A DNA stretch of 61,604 nt, filler included, from Globobulimina sp. (GCA_003354225.1; 22 parts of 22 records of this genome joined end to end with filler, not necessarily neighbours in it), one strand, 5' to 3'; numbered from the whole stretch's first letter, positions 26,517-39,277 are shown. Notes: a model not told the origin generated them from the sequence alone. Translations and numbers: made by a program.

Positions 26517-27447
26517 TTACAAATCACTTTTCATATTAATGTCAACAGCATACAATTGCTCATCATTGTATCCAGATTGGATTAACTTTGTCCACACATA
26601 ACTAAAATCTTGAAAAAATTCATGTTGATCATTTGCATATAACTCGACATATTTCCTGGTTTCATCGTGATTCACCAAAGTCCAATCTGAGGGCAACATC
26701 ATTGTCCTACCATCCACCGTATTAAATTGTGTATTTCCCGCTGCCGATACATCAATAATCCATTTCTTATCCAATAAATCTTTAAAATAAGAATTATCGA
26801 AAACGAATGGATTCTCAGTCCATGCTCCACCAAAACCACTTCGATCCACATGACACTCTCCCAATGTATGTGCACCACTTAACGCCACCACATATTTATC
26901 ATCGCTAAATCCTATGCGACCGAGTACACTCCGAACATGACCGACACCTTAAATATAGTGCAATATATTGATGATAATGTATACATTAAATACCTTGTTT
27001 TGCATCCGGTAATCTGCCTTCTTCCACGCCATCAGTGGCTGTGCTTGCGTCACTTCTGCCAAATTTGAAGGGTATATCCGGCCCATTTGCAGATTTTATA
27101 GCGATTGTACCGGATAATGCCCATAAATCAGCCACAGATATTGGATCTGGAGTATATTTCTGCGTCAATGGTAACAATAAATTTCTTGCAATTTCTAAAC
27201 CATTATTTGCATCATGCGTTGCTTCACCAACACCGTTTTCAAATCGCATAGATGCATGCGGTCCACCTGTATTTGTATTGCTGTCATAGGTTCCGGCATC
27301 ATGCCAAGCTAAACGCACTAATATGGGAGCACAATTCTTTTCTGCTATCAATGATTCAATGTCTGATGTTAATTGTACATATTGTTCAGGTGTTATTTTA
27401 CATTCACACCAAACAAATATCGCATTGATGACAAGGAAGAGCCACAT
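26517..27447 (-). CDS. APX: Class I heme peroxidase, ascorbate-peroxidase-like, with predicted signal peptide
   Basis: Motifs KNCAPILVRLAWHDAGTY, GRLPDA, VALSGAHTLG, DRSGF.GAWT, FDNSYF, MLPSD. Intron 26948-26993. Confidence 0.9.
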
Positions 27448-27548
27448 TAATTTGTAATCTGTTTCTACAACAAATAATGAAATTTTCCTAATGAAAAATC
27501 AGGTTTTCGTTTTCAAAGCATAGAAAGTTTTGGTCGGTTCCTATTGCA

Positions 27549-27958
27549 ATGTCCAAAAAACGCTCGCGAGAAAAGAATAATAAACTAAAGGTACCATTGG
27601 AAATTATACAAAGGAAACTTCCACCATTACCTATACAAAAACGTAAACTGCCAATATTACCTCTATCAAAATCACAAAATTTTCTAGGTGCAAGCAAATG
27701 TAATGAAAGTAAAATAAATATAAATACAAAAATTATTGTAACCCCACCATCTCCAAAAAAAGCAAAATCCGAGCACTCTCTCCGTAATTTATTTAGCAAT
27801 CTGCAAAGGAAAATCGGTGGATCAAAAACAAAACAATCGGACAAGTCCAAGTCGCTCAAGAATAACAACATAAATTCAACAGAAAAGAAAAAAATATCAA
27901 AATGGCGACCAAATTTGCAATGCATATGTGCGGACAGTGAATTATTAAAAGCATTAAT
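27549..27958 (+). CDS. Basic hypothetical protein, 3' truncated
   Basis: ATG-initiated open frame running to the contig end, divergent from the peroxidase. Confidence 0.5.
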
Positions 27959-28058
27959 NNNNNNNNNNNNNNNNNNNNNNNNNNNNNNNNNNNNNNNNNN
28001 NNTTAATTAATTAANNNNNNNNNNNNNNNNNNNNNNNNNNNNNNNNNNNNNNNNNNNN

Positions 28059-28724
28059 AATTGAGAGAGATAACAATGACACTGCCAACAGAGTTGTAAT
28101 TGAAGAGGCCAACCATTTATGATGTTGGACAAATATATTTGCATCCCACGTGCAAACAAATGCGATGCATAAAAGGTACGCCAACGATCTAGTAATTGTT
28201 TGTGGTATAACCAAATAATTTAACTGATGTTCTTTGCTCAAATATACATCGTATATGCTCTCAGATAAGACCCATACCGTGGTATAACACATTTTAATCC
28301 AGAACTCAAACGTCGCTAATATTTTTTTAATAGAATTACGATTTGACGCCAAATTCATAATTGTAAACCAAGGAATCCAAAAAAACACTGTACAGAATAA
28401 ACTAAAAATGCAATACAATTCACGATTTGTAAACTTTAGCGTTTGCGAAATGAAAAATAATACGATACAAACTATCCATGAGATTCTGTGAAATATATAG
28501 TACATAATTTTTTCTCTGACCATGTCAGTACAGAATGAATGCAGAAATGTGTTTTCCGATTGGAAAAGCATTGTGATTTCAATCGATTGATCTTCTTTCA
28601 TTTTGTGAATGTGTTGATCAATATGTTTATATTTTGTTGGCGTCGATAATATTTCATGTATTTCATTGATTTGAGTTTTATTTAAAATGTTGATTTCCTG
28701 TTTGGTGACAAAATGTGGCTCCAT
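28059..28724 (-). CDS. Multi-pass membrane protein, 3' truncated
   Basis: At least five hydrophobic segments and a TFEFWIK motif. Family not recognised. Confidence 0.6.
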
Positions 28725-28808
28725 GTGTTATCTGAGAACGAATTAAGGACGCAATGTGCAAGGATACACTTTCAAATCGTACAGGATCGTCAGAAGTCGT
28801 CAAATAAA

Positions 28809-30763
28809 TTACAACAACACTGGTGTATGCTTTGCCTGAATATGTGGGACACAGCTAATAACCACAGCATTTGAACCAGTTTGAAAATTATCAAAATCAC
28901 GTCGAAATTGTCTATTTTGTTTTTGATTTTTTTTCTCAATTCTCCTGATAACACGTGCTTTTTTATCATGCTTTTTTTTAGATGTTCCTAATGTACCGCC
29001 ATATTCATCCATTGGATGTTTCCAAATATCCAAAAATTCCTCATCCGTTATTTTATCCATTGCCCCAACATCTACATCGCCATCATCATCAACCTCATCC
29101 TCAAAACCATCATCAACCTCATCCTCAAAATCATCATCAACCTCAACATTTTCATCGATATCCGGCATCAAACCATTATTCTTTGCATCCAATTTCGACT
29201 GATCCAATACATTAATCTTCTTATTATCGGTATAAGTTTTCTTCGTACTCAATATTTTGCCATTATAAAATAAGTATTTGTTCCTTGAATTGAGATTTGG
29301 TGGGAAATGATTATAAACAATTTTGCCTTTCACATAAGCTTTCAGCAAAATGCGTGCTGCTTCGTTCCGGTTCGGTACTTTTGATTTATTGTACATTTTC
29401 TTTTGATGACAATAACTATCCAAAATGTCATAAACCGTTAAAAACTTCATTCTTTTTTTATTGGTCGGCAAGCGTAAATTATAGCATTCATTTAATTTTT
29501 CAACGGAGATTCTGTGAATCATTAAACGAGACGGCTTAATAAAGTCTGTTAAATGATCGATGGATATCACACCATTTAATATCATATCACTTTTGGAACT
29601 CATTAATGTCGGAAATACCAAACCGGGACAGTCACATAATGTGATCTCTTCATTTAATATTAATGTCTGAAAATGTTTGGTTTTGCCAGGCGTGGAAGCA
29701 ACGGAAACTTTTTTCTCTTTCATTAAAACATTAATAATGGACGATTTGCCCACATTTGGATAGCCAACAAAACCAACTTCAATTCGCGTATTCAAACATA
29801 ATTCTTTTTTAATTAACAGAAAAATATCAACTAATTCTTCTACTTTTAATACCTTGTTCTTATCATTAAAATGATTCATATCATTTATTGAATCGATGTT
29901 ATGTATAATTGTATCTCTCTGCTGCTCCGATATGTGATCTCTGTTCGATTTTGTCATCAAATCAAAGCGTATTTGCTCGCGCATTGCTGAAAAATATAAT
30001 ATTTCAATCTGTTGTGACTCAAAATATGCGCTCCAATATTGTCGTTGCAGTGGAGTTAAATAATCCGCTTTATTTATCATTAAAATACATCTTTTCCGCG
30101 CATCCACCTGTAATGTTTATCAATTTTGATGTTTGTGTTTATAAATTATTCAATACTGTTTCTGGAAAACATACCTGTTTGACATATTTGAAAAAATCGC
30201 GGGATATAAAAGCCAGCGGGTTCCGGGCATCGACAATTAAAATTAATAAATTTGCTCTTTCCACTACGTTCCATAGCTGTTTCCAAACATTTATATTCTT
30301 TTCAAATGGCGTCATTTCCATATTTGTTTGTTTTGCTGTATTTGAAAGACCGCGTCTCCAATTTACAAATGTGGTTTTTTGCATAATATCTAATTGTTGC
30401 GGTGTTGTGTTTTTATCCCATTTTGGTTTGCGAGGAATTGGCAAATTTTCATAATTAAATAGTTCCGCTTCATTTAATTGTTGATGAAATTTTATTTCTT
30501 TTGCTACCATGCTTTCTGATGGATCAATTTCAATCAATTTTAAATCTTCAGTCTCTCTGAGATGGTCTTCAATTTCTTTTTGAGCTTTGATAGTATCAAC
30601 AAATTCTTGTATGTTATTTACCTCTGTTATGGATTTTAATTTTTTTTGCTGAATTGGATTTGATGCAAATGATGACTCAATTACATAATCTTTGCGTTTT
30701 GTTTTACCCTTTGCTTTATTTTCACGATCAGGTTTGCCACCAAACTTGTTTTTAATTGCTTTT
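28809..30763 (-). CDS. LSG1: Large-subunit GTPase 1 (circularly permuted), 5' truncated
   Basis: Motifs TPFEKNINVWKQLW, IVDARNPL, NKADYL, GYPNVGKSS, STPGKTKHFQT, DCPGLVFP. Intron 30108-30174. Confidence 0.95.
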
Positions 30764-31111
30764 NNNNNNNNNNNNNNNNNNNNNNNNNNNNNNNNNNNNN
30801 NNNNNNNTTAATTAATTAANNNNNNNNNNNNNNNNNNNNNNNNNNNNNNNNNNNNNNNNNNNNATTAGTGTACCGGGACCTAATGACTTTTCAATGAATC
30901 GTTTAGTGATAATTTCATCAATTTCAGACTGGGATAATTGTGTTTGGGATTGAGACATTGTGTTTGTTGATGTGTAAGTGAAAAACTTTACACAATAATG
31001 GTTTTTGAGTACTGTAGTTAAAATATCACACAATATTCGTCTCAAACATACATAATAAGTAAACAAAAAAGAATCCAAAAACAAACTCACACTTCTTTCC
31101 ACCTATCAACA

Positions 31112-31980
31112 CTACGTCGTAGGAGTGGCAGTGGCACTCTGTATATGTAATTCAAGTTCAGCTTTGCCTGTAAATTTTCGTTTTGCACTTTCAGTGTTGC
31201 AACATCGATAACATCCAACATCACAATATTTACAAAATATGTAATACATATTTCCATTAAAATTAAATGTTAATAAAATTGCTAATAATTAAACAAATAC
31301 AGCAATTCATTGCAATGTATTAAACATTATCCAATTTTTATGAGTGAACAATCCATTGACTGCAACAAAATCAATTACAAATATAATACGTGATAACGTT
31401 AAGGGTAATGCTGAAAATGTACCTAATAATGATATTTTTCTAATCACCTCTAAAACTTTTATCTGTGTGTTATTTAATTCAATTTTACCAGTTAAATTTC
31501 TCTGGCTACCAGTTTGCCTTTTTACTTCTAAAAATAATTTACGAACAAAAAAATAGACCAACACTAATCTGGTGACAACCTCAAAGGCAATCCATGTCCA
31601 CAAACAATATAATAACCTTTGAATATGGATAATTGGATCACTTCCAGCTATTACTAAAACCCACGATGTTTGCTCTATAAAAAGGGGAGTAAATACCCCT
31701 AAAAACCCCATTAAAAGTATACCAAATTCCGTTTTTGATAATTTATAACTACTTATCTCGAATGCACAATACATTCTATATGTCCATAATGAAAAAAAAA
31801 ATATTGGATGCAACATTATCATTACACATATGATATAATTTGCTATATCGTGATCATTATGCAAATTACTGTTGGTATGAATATATGTTGTCATTGAACA
31901 TACAAAATGGATTAACCATGATGTAATGTGAAGGATTGTTGCATATATAATAAAACAAAGTACACGCCAAAACCTCGAAG
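31112..31980 (-). pseudogene. Disrupted multi-TM (7TM-like) gene
   Basis: Hydrophobic helices continue in frame through TGA (31307-31309) and TAA (31289-31291) into a Cys-rich tail (FNFNGNMYYIFCKYCDVGCYRCC). No start codon for the upstream part. Confidence 0.55.
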
Positions 31981-32564
31981 TAAACGCTTACATCCAATAT
32001 GTCGGCGGTGTGTTCGAATTCAGTGCAAGTATTCGTCGGCCATATAACCCAGAATTATACGGTGATCCAATTAGTTATAAAATAAGCTATCCATTAGCCG
32101 GTGGTTTTTGTTTTTTATGGGCGCAAGGCAGTGATTTGATATTTACCAATAGCACGGCGTCTGGACATATAAATCGTGGATTTAAATGTATCAATTTTGG
32201 TGGGACTACTGCTGAACCAACTATTGCACCAATAACATCACCAACAGATGGTCCTGTTACATCACCGACTGTTTCTGTGAATACACCGTCATCATCTCCG
32301 TCACATTCCGCACCAACTAATTCGCCGTCATCATCGCCTTCACATTCTGCACCAAGTAATTCACCGTCATATATTCCAACACAGAGTCCTTCAGCAACTG
32401 CAACACTTACTATCATGTCTACAAATGCTACAAATGCGCCTGTTACAGTTACACCAACACCATCACCAACACCAATGCCTACAGAATTTACTGTTTCTGG
32501 CTCAAATTATATTGAAATGGTATTGGTAATATGGATATCAGTTGTTTGTTTTATGGTTATTTGA
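31971..32564 (+). CDS. C-terminal part of DOMON-like + Ser/Thr/Pro stalk + GPI-signal-like surface protein
   Basis: SIRRPY...FLWAQG...GHINRG resembles the end of a DOMON domain. PTxSPS repeats and a hydrophobic C-terminus follow. The 5' part is missing. Confidence 0.6.
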   Translation, partial: NLEVNAYIQYVGGVFEFSASIRRPYNPELYGDPISYKISYPLAGGFCFLWAQGSDLIFTNSTASGHINRGFKCINFGGTTAEPTIAPITSPTDGPVTSPTVSVNTPSSSPSHSAPTNSPSSSPSHSAPSNSPSYIPTQSPSATATLTIMSTNATNAPVTVTPTPSPTPMPTEFTVSGSNYIEMVLVIWISVVCFMVI

Positions 32565-32947
32565 GGTTTTTAGGATTTAAAGATAATTTTGAAATACTGA
32601 CAATTTGTGCAATTTGGATTAATGTTGTTATTGTCTTTTTGTTTCATTGTTGTTTGTATTATATTTTGTAGTTTTTTAGGGGATTATCGATATCACACAA
32701 CTCTTGTGTGTATAACATAATTGAATAAAATGTATAGCACTTATCGACCAGGTGCATGGTGGTTATCCATAAAAAGCGTGAGAAATTCCAGTGTAGTGTT
32801 ATGACTTATGAGCTATATATAGATTTAGCCGTGAAAAGCTATAGCAAACAGTTTCTGTATAATAGTAATAGTATAATTGAAAAAAATGTATATGCACAGT
32901 CAAAAAATAATAAATCTCGTCTATCGCGAGTATAGATACAATTGCAA

Positions 32948-33568
32948 TCATGTGTGTTTCGCCCAAATTGCCGTTTCTTTTTCTAATCGTTTTTCGCGAC
33001 AATTTAACTTCCACGGTTCGTAGTAAAGTGCATTGATTATAGGAACAAATACTTTGTCAAAATAGACAAAATTTGGAAGAAGAATAATACAAGTTGGCAT
33101 TAATACACTCTCTTTGACATATTTCCAACCCATTTTATTCCATATTTTATCAATCGTATTGTTCATTGACTCATTTGCTTTCTCGGTGTCACCGTCATGT
33201 TTAAATTGAACTGCTTTTAAAATAGCGATCACTGTTTCTGAACGAAATCTGATGAGCGGTACTTTTAAATAATATTTCAATCCGAAATATTTATAAATAT
33301 TGTGAATATTCCACCCATTTAATTCAGGAAACGACAGTTTTAATAAATGGAAAGTAAATATAATAGGATGAACATATATTGATTCATTTTGCTTCCACGA
33401 CACATTGTTTTCACCAAAGAATGTATTGTAAAAATGTCTGTTGTGTTTATGTAATCTCTTGTAATAATTTTCATTAAATGCAACTTTATTGCTCCATAAT
33501 TTTGTTATCCATAAACATGTATATTCCGACATCTGTGGTATCGAAGTGAATATTGGTCTGGTTTTACC
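32948..33568 (-). CDS. Hypothetical protein
   Basis: Open frame of 194+ codons with globular composition. No family recognised. Confidence 0.45.
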   Translation of the reverse strand, partial: GKTRPIFTSIPQMSEYTCLWITKLWSNKVAFNENYYKRLHKHNRHFYNTFFGENNVSWKQNESIYVHPIIFTFHLLKLSFPELNGWNIHNIYKYFGLKYYLKVPLIRFRSETVIAILKAVQFKHDGDTEKANESMNNTIDKIWNKMGWKYVKESVLMPTCIILLPNFVYFDKVFVPIINALYYEPWKLNCREKRLEKETAIWAKHT

Positions 33569-33668
33569 NNNNNNNNNNNNNNNNNNNNNNNNNNNNNNNN
33601 NNNNNNNNNNNNTTAATTAATTAANNNNNNNNNNNNNNNNNNNNNNNNNNNNNNNNNNNNNNNNNNNN

Positions 33669-34978
33669 GCATATAAAATGATCACTATCACCACAAATAT
33701 ATCCTGATACTGATATATATCAATTATTCCTTTTGAAATTAATAACACATAAAATAACCAAATAATTGGAAATATTGATACAATCATTGATATGACCCAA
33801 TACAAAGTGAAACAAACATGTTCAAACTGTTGAAATCTACCGTTTTTAATCAATTGTACATGTTTAGTAACTAATAACTGATCAATATGTTGTTTTTTAT
33901 CCGCTTCATTCATACTCATAAATTGATGTTGCACTTCGTAACATTGAAGTGAATCCATTTCATGCAACACATTTTGATATCGATATCCGTTATTGATGAC
34001 AGCTAAATCTTTATTATTGCTATGATATAATGTATGATGTATTAAACAATATAATTTATCCGGTTTGTAGGCAGAATCTTGTCCATTGCCTTTATGATTT
34101 GAAAATTGATACAATTGACATTGATTTGAAAATTTTACGTACTCTCGGATTGGTACTGATTTTAACAAACATCCGTCAACAAATGCTGTTATTATTAACA
34201 TTATCAATGAAAGTGAATGAATGATATCATGCCCGGTATAATCAATTAACAGACTGATATACAAAGCAGCAAAAAGTAATAATAATTCTGTTAACATAAC
34301 TAAATCGCTTGGCTGTTGTTTAGAGGAAAAGCATATTACAAATAAAAGGAGATAACACATTGACATGCTCCAATATATAATCATTAATAATACTAGGTTT
34401 GCCTCACTATAATTATCGATGGGAATGGCAAATAACATGGCAGAATACATGAAGAAATTTGGTGTGATATATAACAATGGCCATAGTAATATAGTATATT
34501 GATCATGTGATAGTGTTGTGGACCATGACCAGGATATCATTAAACAAATTAATAAAAATTGGGAAAGACTTGAAATTAAAGGCATGACAATAAGAACTGT
34601 AAACAGATAAGAAAATAGAGTCCAACATGTATTATGAAATGAATTGCAATATTTATATATTTTAGTTTTATTTGGTTTTATTAATGCGGTGTTTGTGGAA
34701 AGATACGGTTTTAAATCAATCCACATAATAATAAAAGGTAAGAGAGGGTTCGTAACATCACCGCTGATTGTAATCCCATAAAATAAATAAGCGTAAACTA
34801 ATATGGATGGCTGAAGTGAAATGGATATATGAAAATATAATGTGAATGTTTCATCTCCAACATACAGAGTACGTAATATTAAAAATTCTACTGCTGTTGT
34901 AATCGAAACCAAAATACATAGCGTGGATAATAAAAGACCAATACCAGCCTTTTTCAACGTCAACTGACACATATCCAA
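33669..34978 (-). CDS. Polytopic membrane protein, truncated
   Basis: About 9-10 hydrophobic segments over ~435 codons. Confidence 0.6.
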
Positions 34979-35113
34979 GCAGTGGGCCTTGATACAAGGA
35001 GTTAGTGTGTCAGTTTATTTTCTGGCAAATTTTCTGCAACATTTAAGCAATATGTCGGATTTATAATTAATTTATTAATTATATAAAGTATACAAAAATT
35101 TAAGAGTTATAAC

Positions 35114-36205
35114 TTATAATTTTGAAGTTTTAAATTTTTTAAAATGTGACAAAATCCATTCAGCGCCTTTTGCATTGCCAATAAATGCTTCGTTAAAAAT
35201 ATTAACAAAATCCAGCCAAACATGCATCATAAATGGTTCAATGTCTAATTTGACATTCACACCACATTCAAATGCCTTCTTTGCAACAACCAACGAATCA
35301 TCCAATACAATCTCACCCGCTCCAACCATAATATACATCGGTGCCAAGCCATTAAATTTGCCATTAATTGGAGAATAAATTTCATTTCTTTTATCTGAAA
35401 TATTTTGTTTACCAACGGCCCAATCAGCACATTGATTCAATACAGGTAAAGCCATCATCAACTCAGTATCCTTATTTTCAAAATAAGATTTCGAATTATT
35501 TTCCAAATTTGCCCACGGGGAACACAACCAAACACAGGCAGGTTGAGGTAAATTTAATTGTTGTTTCGCGCCATATTTAATGGATTGCAACGCCAATAAA
35601 ATCATTCCACCGCCGCAAGAACTGCCAATCATTGATACTGTGCTACATGGAACATGCAAGTCGTTTAATACATATTGGTATAACATAATCATTTCATTAA
35701 CAGCGGATGGCAATGGATATTGTGGTGCTAATTTATAATTTAATGTATATACCACACAGCCTGTTAATTTGGACACTAATTCGGCAAAACCAAAATAAAA
35801 TCGATCGGATAAGATACAATAACAGCCGCCATGAGCCATAATAATTACACCATTATTGATTGATGATCCTGAATATGATATAACATGTCCATTTACTGTG
35901 TTATTATCAAACTTATTATTAATGTTAAACTCTGAGACAGTACATGAATTTGGATCATTTATGTTGGACACATTGAATTCATCAAACACTGCACGGAAAT
36001 CCTTGATATCCCTAAATTGTGTTTGCCAATTTACTTGGTTTGGAAGCATTTCCTTTGCAAATTCAATATATTCTTTGGATGGTTTTGTGAATGGCAAGTA
36101 ATTGATATAAGGGTAATTGTGTTTGTTGCCATATTTTTTTGGATCACAGACAGCTTCGATTTTATCTTTTGACAGCGGAAACCCCTCAGCCAACACAGTT
36201 GCCAT
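35114..36205 (-). CDS. Alpha/beta hydrolase, hormone-sensitive-lipase-like esterase
   Basis: AHGG oxyanion motif, YKLAPQYPLP, nucleophile elbow GSSCGG, CSPW, E.VLDDS, MMHVW. Confidence 0.9.
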   Translation of the reverse strand: MATVLAEGFPLSKDKIEAVCDPKKYGNKHNYPYINYLPFTKPSKEYIEFAKEMLPNQVNWQTQFRDIKDFRAVFDEFNVSNINDPNSCTVSEFNINNKFDNNTVNGHVISYSGSSINNGVIIMAHGGCYCILSDRFYFGFAELVSKLTGCVVYTLNYKLAPQYPLPSAVNEMIMLYQYVLNDLHVPCSTVSMIGSSCGGGMILLALQSIKYGAKQQLNLPQPACVWLCSPWANLENNSKSYFENKDTELMMALPVLNQCADWAVGKQNISDKRNEIYSPINGKFNGLAPMYIMVGAGEIVLDDSLVVAKKAFECGVNVKLDIEPFMMHVWLDFVNIFNEAFIGNAKGAEWILSHFKKFKTSKL

Positions 36206-36721
36206 TTCGAAAGATACTACCTTTTTGTGTGGATGTTTTTACACTGAACTGTTTAAACCATGTCAAAGTTTAAATCTCTTCCAACTGATAATTCCACCAC
36301 AGGGCCTCAGCAAGATTCTATCTTTTATCGCTCTCAAAGTACCATCACAGACCAATACAAAAATGCAAGAATCNNNNNNNNNNNNNNNNNNNNNNNNNNN
36401 NNNNNNNNNNNNNNNNNTTAATTAATTAANNNNNNNNNNNNNNNNNNNNNNNNNNNNNNNNNNNNNNNNNNNNCAACGGAGATAAGTTGTAAAACATTTC
36501 GTTCAGAAACGTTTCCCCCAAACTCAACAAAAAGTTAAATCAAATCCAATGAAATATATGAAACTGTCTGGTTATTAGAAGTCCCATGAATATATGTATA
36601 CTCACACTGCGTTACAAACAAACAAGATTACAGTACATTTTAAACGTCTTTTTTTGCTGAATAACTATTTTTTTTGGATTTTTTGCACATTGGAAAAAAT
36701 CTTTTCTATCCCACACACTGC

Positions 36722-36825
36722 ACTGCAGTCACAAGTCACAACTATTGAGCTTATTTATTGTGGTAAGCGTTAACTCCAAAAGTTGAAGTCCGAATGAAAA
36801 TTAGCTCAATAGTTGTGTCTGCAGT
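36722..36825. repeat. Inverted repeat / hairpin (MITE-like)
   Basis: cacaactattgagct (36737-36751) pairs perfectly with agctcaatagttgtg (36803-36817). Outer actgcag/ctgcagt also pair, with a 7-bp gtcacaa duplication in the left arm. Confidence 0.7.
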
Positions 36826-37086
36826 ATTTCATCTGAGAGTTGTCGGATTTTAATATGAAAACACTGTAACATCCTTGCACAAAATCGCAACTTTCAAAAT
36901 CACCTCATTCAAAAGAGTGATGATAACAATAAAAAGAAAATATTACCACCCGAAGGTTATACAAAATTGCATTAAATACAATTAATACATGAAAACAATG
37001 CACGCGAACAGACACAAAAAAACACACAAAAACACAATACAATTAAATTAAACAAAAAAACAAAGATTAAAGTACATGATCTATTT

Positions 37087-37476
37087 TTATCCATTGATAG
37101 TGTACATATAACACCAACAGACTGCAGTTAAATAAATTGTAGTCAAATATGCCGTGGATAGACCCCAAACATGGTCAGCAACATGGAAATAATGAAAAGA
37201 ATTCTTGGCCCGATTGAATGATATTCTTGGTGATGGATTTACAGCCAATGCACGAACATTATGAGTAAATAATTGTGCATGCATTTGTGCTGCATATGTA
37301 TTTGTATGATATGCTTGGTATGTGATTCTTAATGGTGTTAATCTTTGTAACGGATACGGCCGTGGAACGGCACTATTTAACACAACAAATATGTAGAAAA
37401 TGCATCATTTGTTTGCTCATAAAAAAAAAGAATAAAATTACCGATAAAGAGATTTAATAAGCTGCATATAGCTCAT
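37087..37476 (-). CDS. Small basic protein with C-terminal TM (possibly mitochondrial)
   Basis: ATG at 37476 and intron 37373-37441 (GTAATT...ATAG) give MSYMQLIKSLYRAVPRP..., which is Arg-rich and acid-poor, with a hydrophobic C-terminus. Confidence 0.55.
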
Positions 37477-37606
37477 CTTTTGTTGTAATTGTTTTTTGGA
37501 CTTTGGAGAGTGTTTGACAGCAGACGTCAGCAGTTTTCAAAAGGATGATTGTGAAGTGGAATACTTAAAATCCGAAAAAAAACTCAAAGCTTTGTGACGA
37601 TAAAAC

Positions 37607-38875
37607 ATGGACGAGAAACATGTGACTTATTCAGACGACAACGACGACCAAAACATAACTGGAGTAACTATAGCATTTGCAGAAGAAATCGAAGACGAAC
37701 GTTTTTATTTCCGTTCGTTCTTACCCTCAAAAGTCGGTGGTAAACCGGCCTGGCTAAATGCAAGAAACATTCCTAAATCCACCGCATTAAAATGCCAACA
37801 ATGCAAAAAACCATTGAAATTCCTATTGCAACTATACGCGCCAGTTTATAAATTCCGGCGTAGCCACCATCGAATAATTTACATTTTCATCTGCAGCCAA
37901 CATGAATGTTGCGGCAAACCAGGCACTATAAAAGTATTTCGCTCCCAGTTAGCAGCACAAAATACATTTTACGAAGATTTTGAAGGCAAAAACAATAATT
38001 CAAACTCCGATAATTATGATTCCGAAACAGAAACACAACTTGAAATCAAAAAAAAAGAAGATTTATTATTAACGCAACTCAGCAAATACACCCAACTCCG
38101 AATTGAACCATATCCAAATATTCCAAATTGTATCGTATGTGGCATTTATGGTTCATTTAAATGTGGCGCTTGTAAAAATCCATTAATTTATTATTGTTGC
38201 AAAGCGCATCAAAAATATCATTGGTTGAGGCAACATCGTAAATATTGCAAGGAACTGAAGACAATGGAGAATGAAAAGGAATTAACTGAGTGTTTGAAAG
38301 ATTATCCTTTCCCCACTTTTGAGATTGTGCCCGATATAGAACCATTGCCAATGAATGACAATGTTTCAGAGTTGATGAGAAATTATGAAAAAGGGGATAA
38401 AAATGGTACGGAATATGATGAAAATGACTTAAAATTATTGGAACAACAAATGGTGAAAGATTTTGATGATTTTTATTTGAAATTTCAGGAACGGATAGAA
38501 AGAGCTCCGAGACAGATTATACGTTATGCGGATGGTGTGGATGAGGAGGAGGAGGAAGATGGAAAGGAAAATGAAAATGAACATGGATGGTGTAGTCCAC
38601 TGTGGATGGGGAAAAAGGGTGTGATTGACTGTGTGAATGATGTGCCGAAGTGTAGGGAGTGTGGCGGAGATCGAACATTTGAGTTTCAAGTAATGCCACA
38701 ATTGTTACATATTTTGAAGCAAGGAGTGAAGGATTTGGATTGGGGTATTTTGGCAGTGTTTAGTTGTGTGAATTCATGCGGTGATGGCGAGGAGAAATAC
38801 TTTGAAGAGTTTATACATTATCAACCTTCTTATGGTGCTTTTGAAAATAGAGATGGCGATGGATTGATTGGATAA
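37607..38875 (+). CDS. PDCD2: Programmed cell death protein 2 (uS5 chaperone, zf-MYND)
   Basis: PSKVGGKPAWL, FLLQLYAP, MYND finger CIVCG...CGAC...YCCKAHQ..HW...H...C, and C-terminal CRECG..R.FEFQVMPQLL, DWG. Confidence 0.95.
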   Translation: MDEKHVTYSDDNDDQNITGVTIAFAEEIEDERFYFRSFLPSKVGGKPAWLNARNIPKSTALKCQQCKKPLKFLLQLYAPVYKFRRSHHRIIYIFICSQHECCGKPGTIKVFRSQLAAQNTFYEDFEGKNNNSNSDNYDSETETQLEIKKKEDLLLTQLSKYTQLRIEPYPNIPNCIVCGIYGSFKCGACKNPLIYYCCKAHQKYHWLRQHRKYCKELKTMENEKELTECLKDYPFPTFEIVPDIEPLPMNDNVSELMRNYEKGDKNGTEYDENDLKLLEQQMVKDFDDFYLKFQERIERAPRQIIRYADGVDEEEEEDGKENENEHGWCSPLWMGKKGVIDCVNDVPKCRECGGDRTFEFQVMPQLLHILKQGVKDLDWGILAVFSCVNSCGDGEEKYFEEFIHYQPSYGAFENRDGDGLIG

Positions 38876-39277
38876 TGGGGTGAATAAGTAAATAAATAAG
38901 TACTTTCTTGTATGGTTATGTTTGTTGTTACTTTGAGGGAATCGTCATTCCTCCTATTCTCCAAACAAAGTTTGTAATGATTCAAGGTTTCAAATTAAGT
39001 TTGTAGGTCCGACAAAATCCGATTATGTTTCTTTCATTACTGCTGATCTGTAGTGAAAATATTGGTCAAACCTATAAACATAAAAAACTCATAAAAACAT
39101 GAAACCTAAAACCTCTGCGATAAATGCAGTTCTTTCAATGATCTCACCAGTTAGGACCACTTTAATTTTATAATTACNNNNNNNNNNNNNNNNNNNNNNN
39201 NNNNNNNNNNNNNNNNNNNNNTTAATTAATTAANNNNNNNNNNNNNNNNNNNNNNNNNNNNNNNNNNNNNNNNNNNN

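Noticed and set aside
29081-29145. 24-bp tandem repeat
   Set aside because: Encodes an acidic low-complexity linker (EVDDDFED) in LSG1, which is unremarkable.
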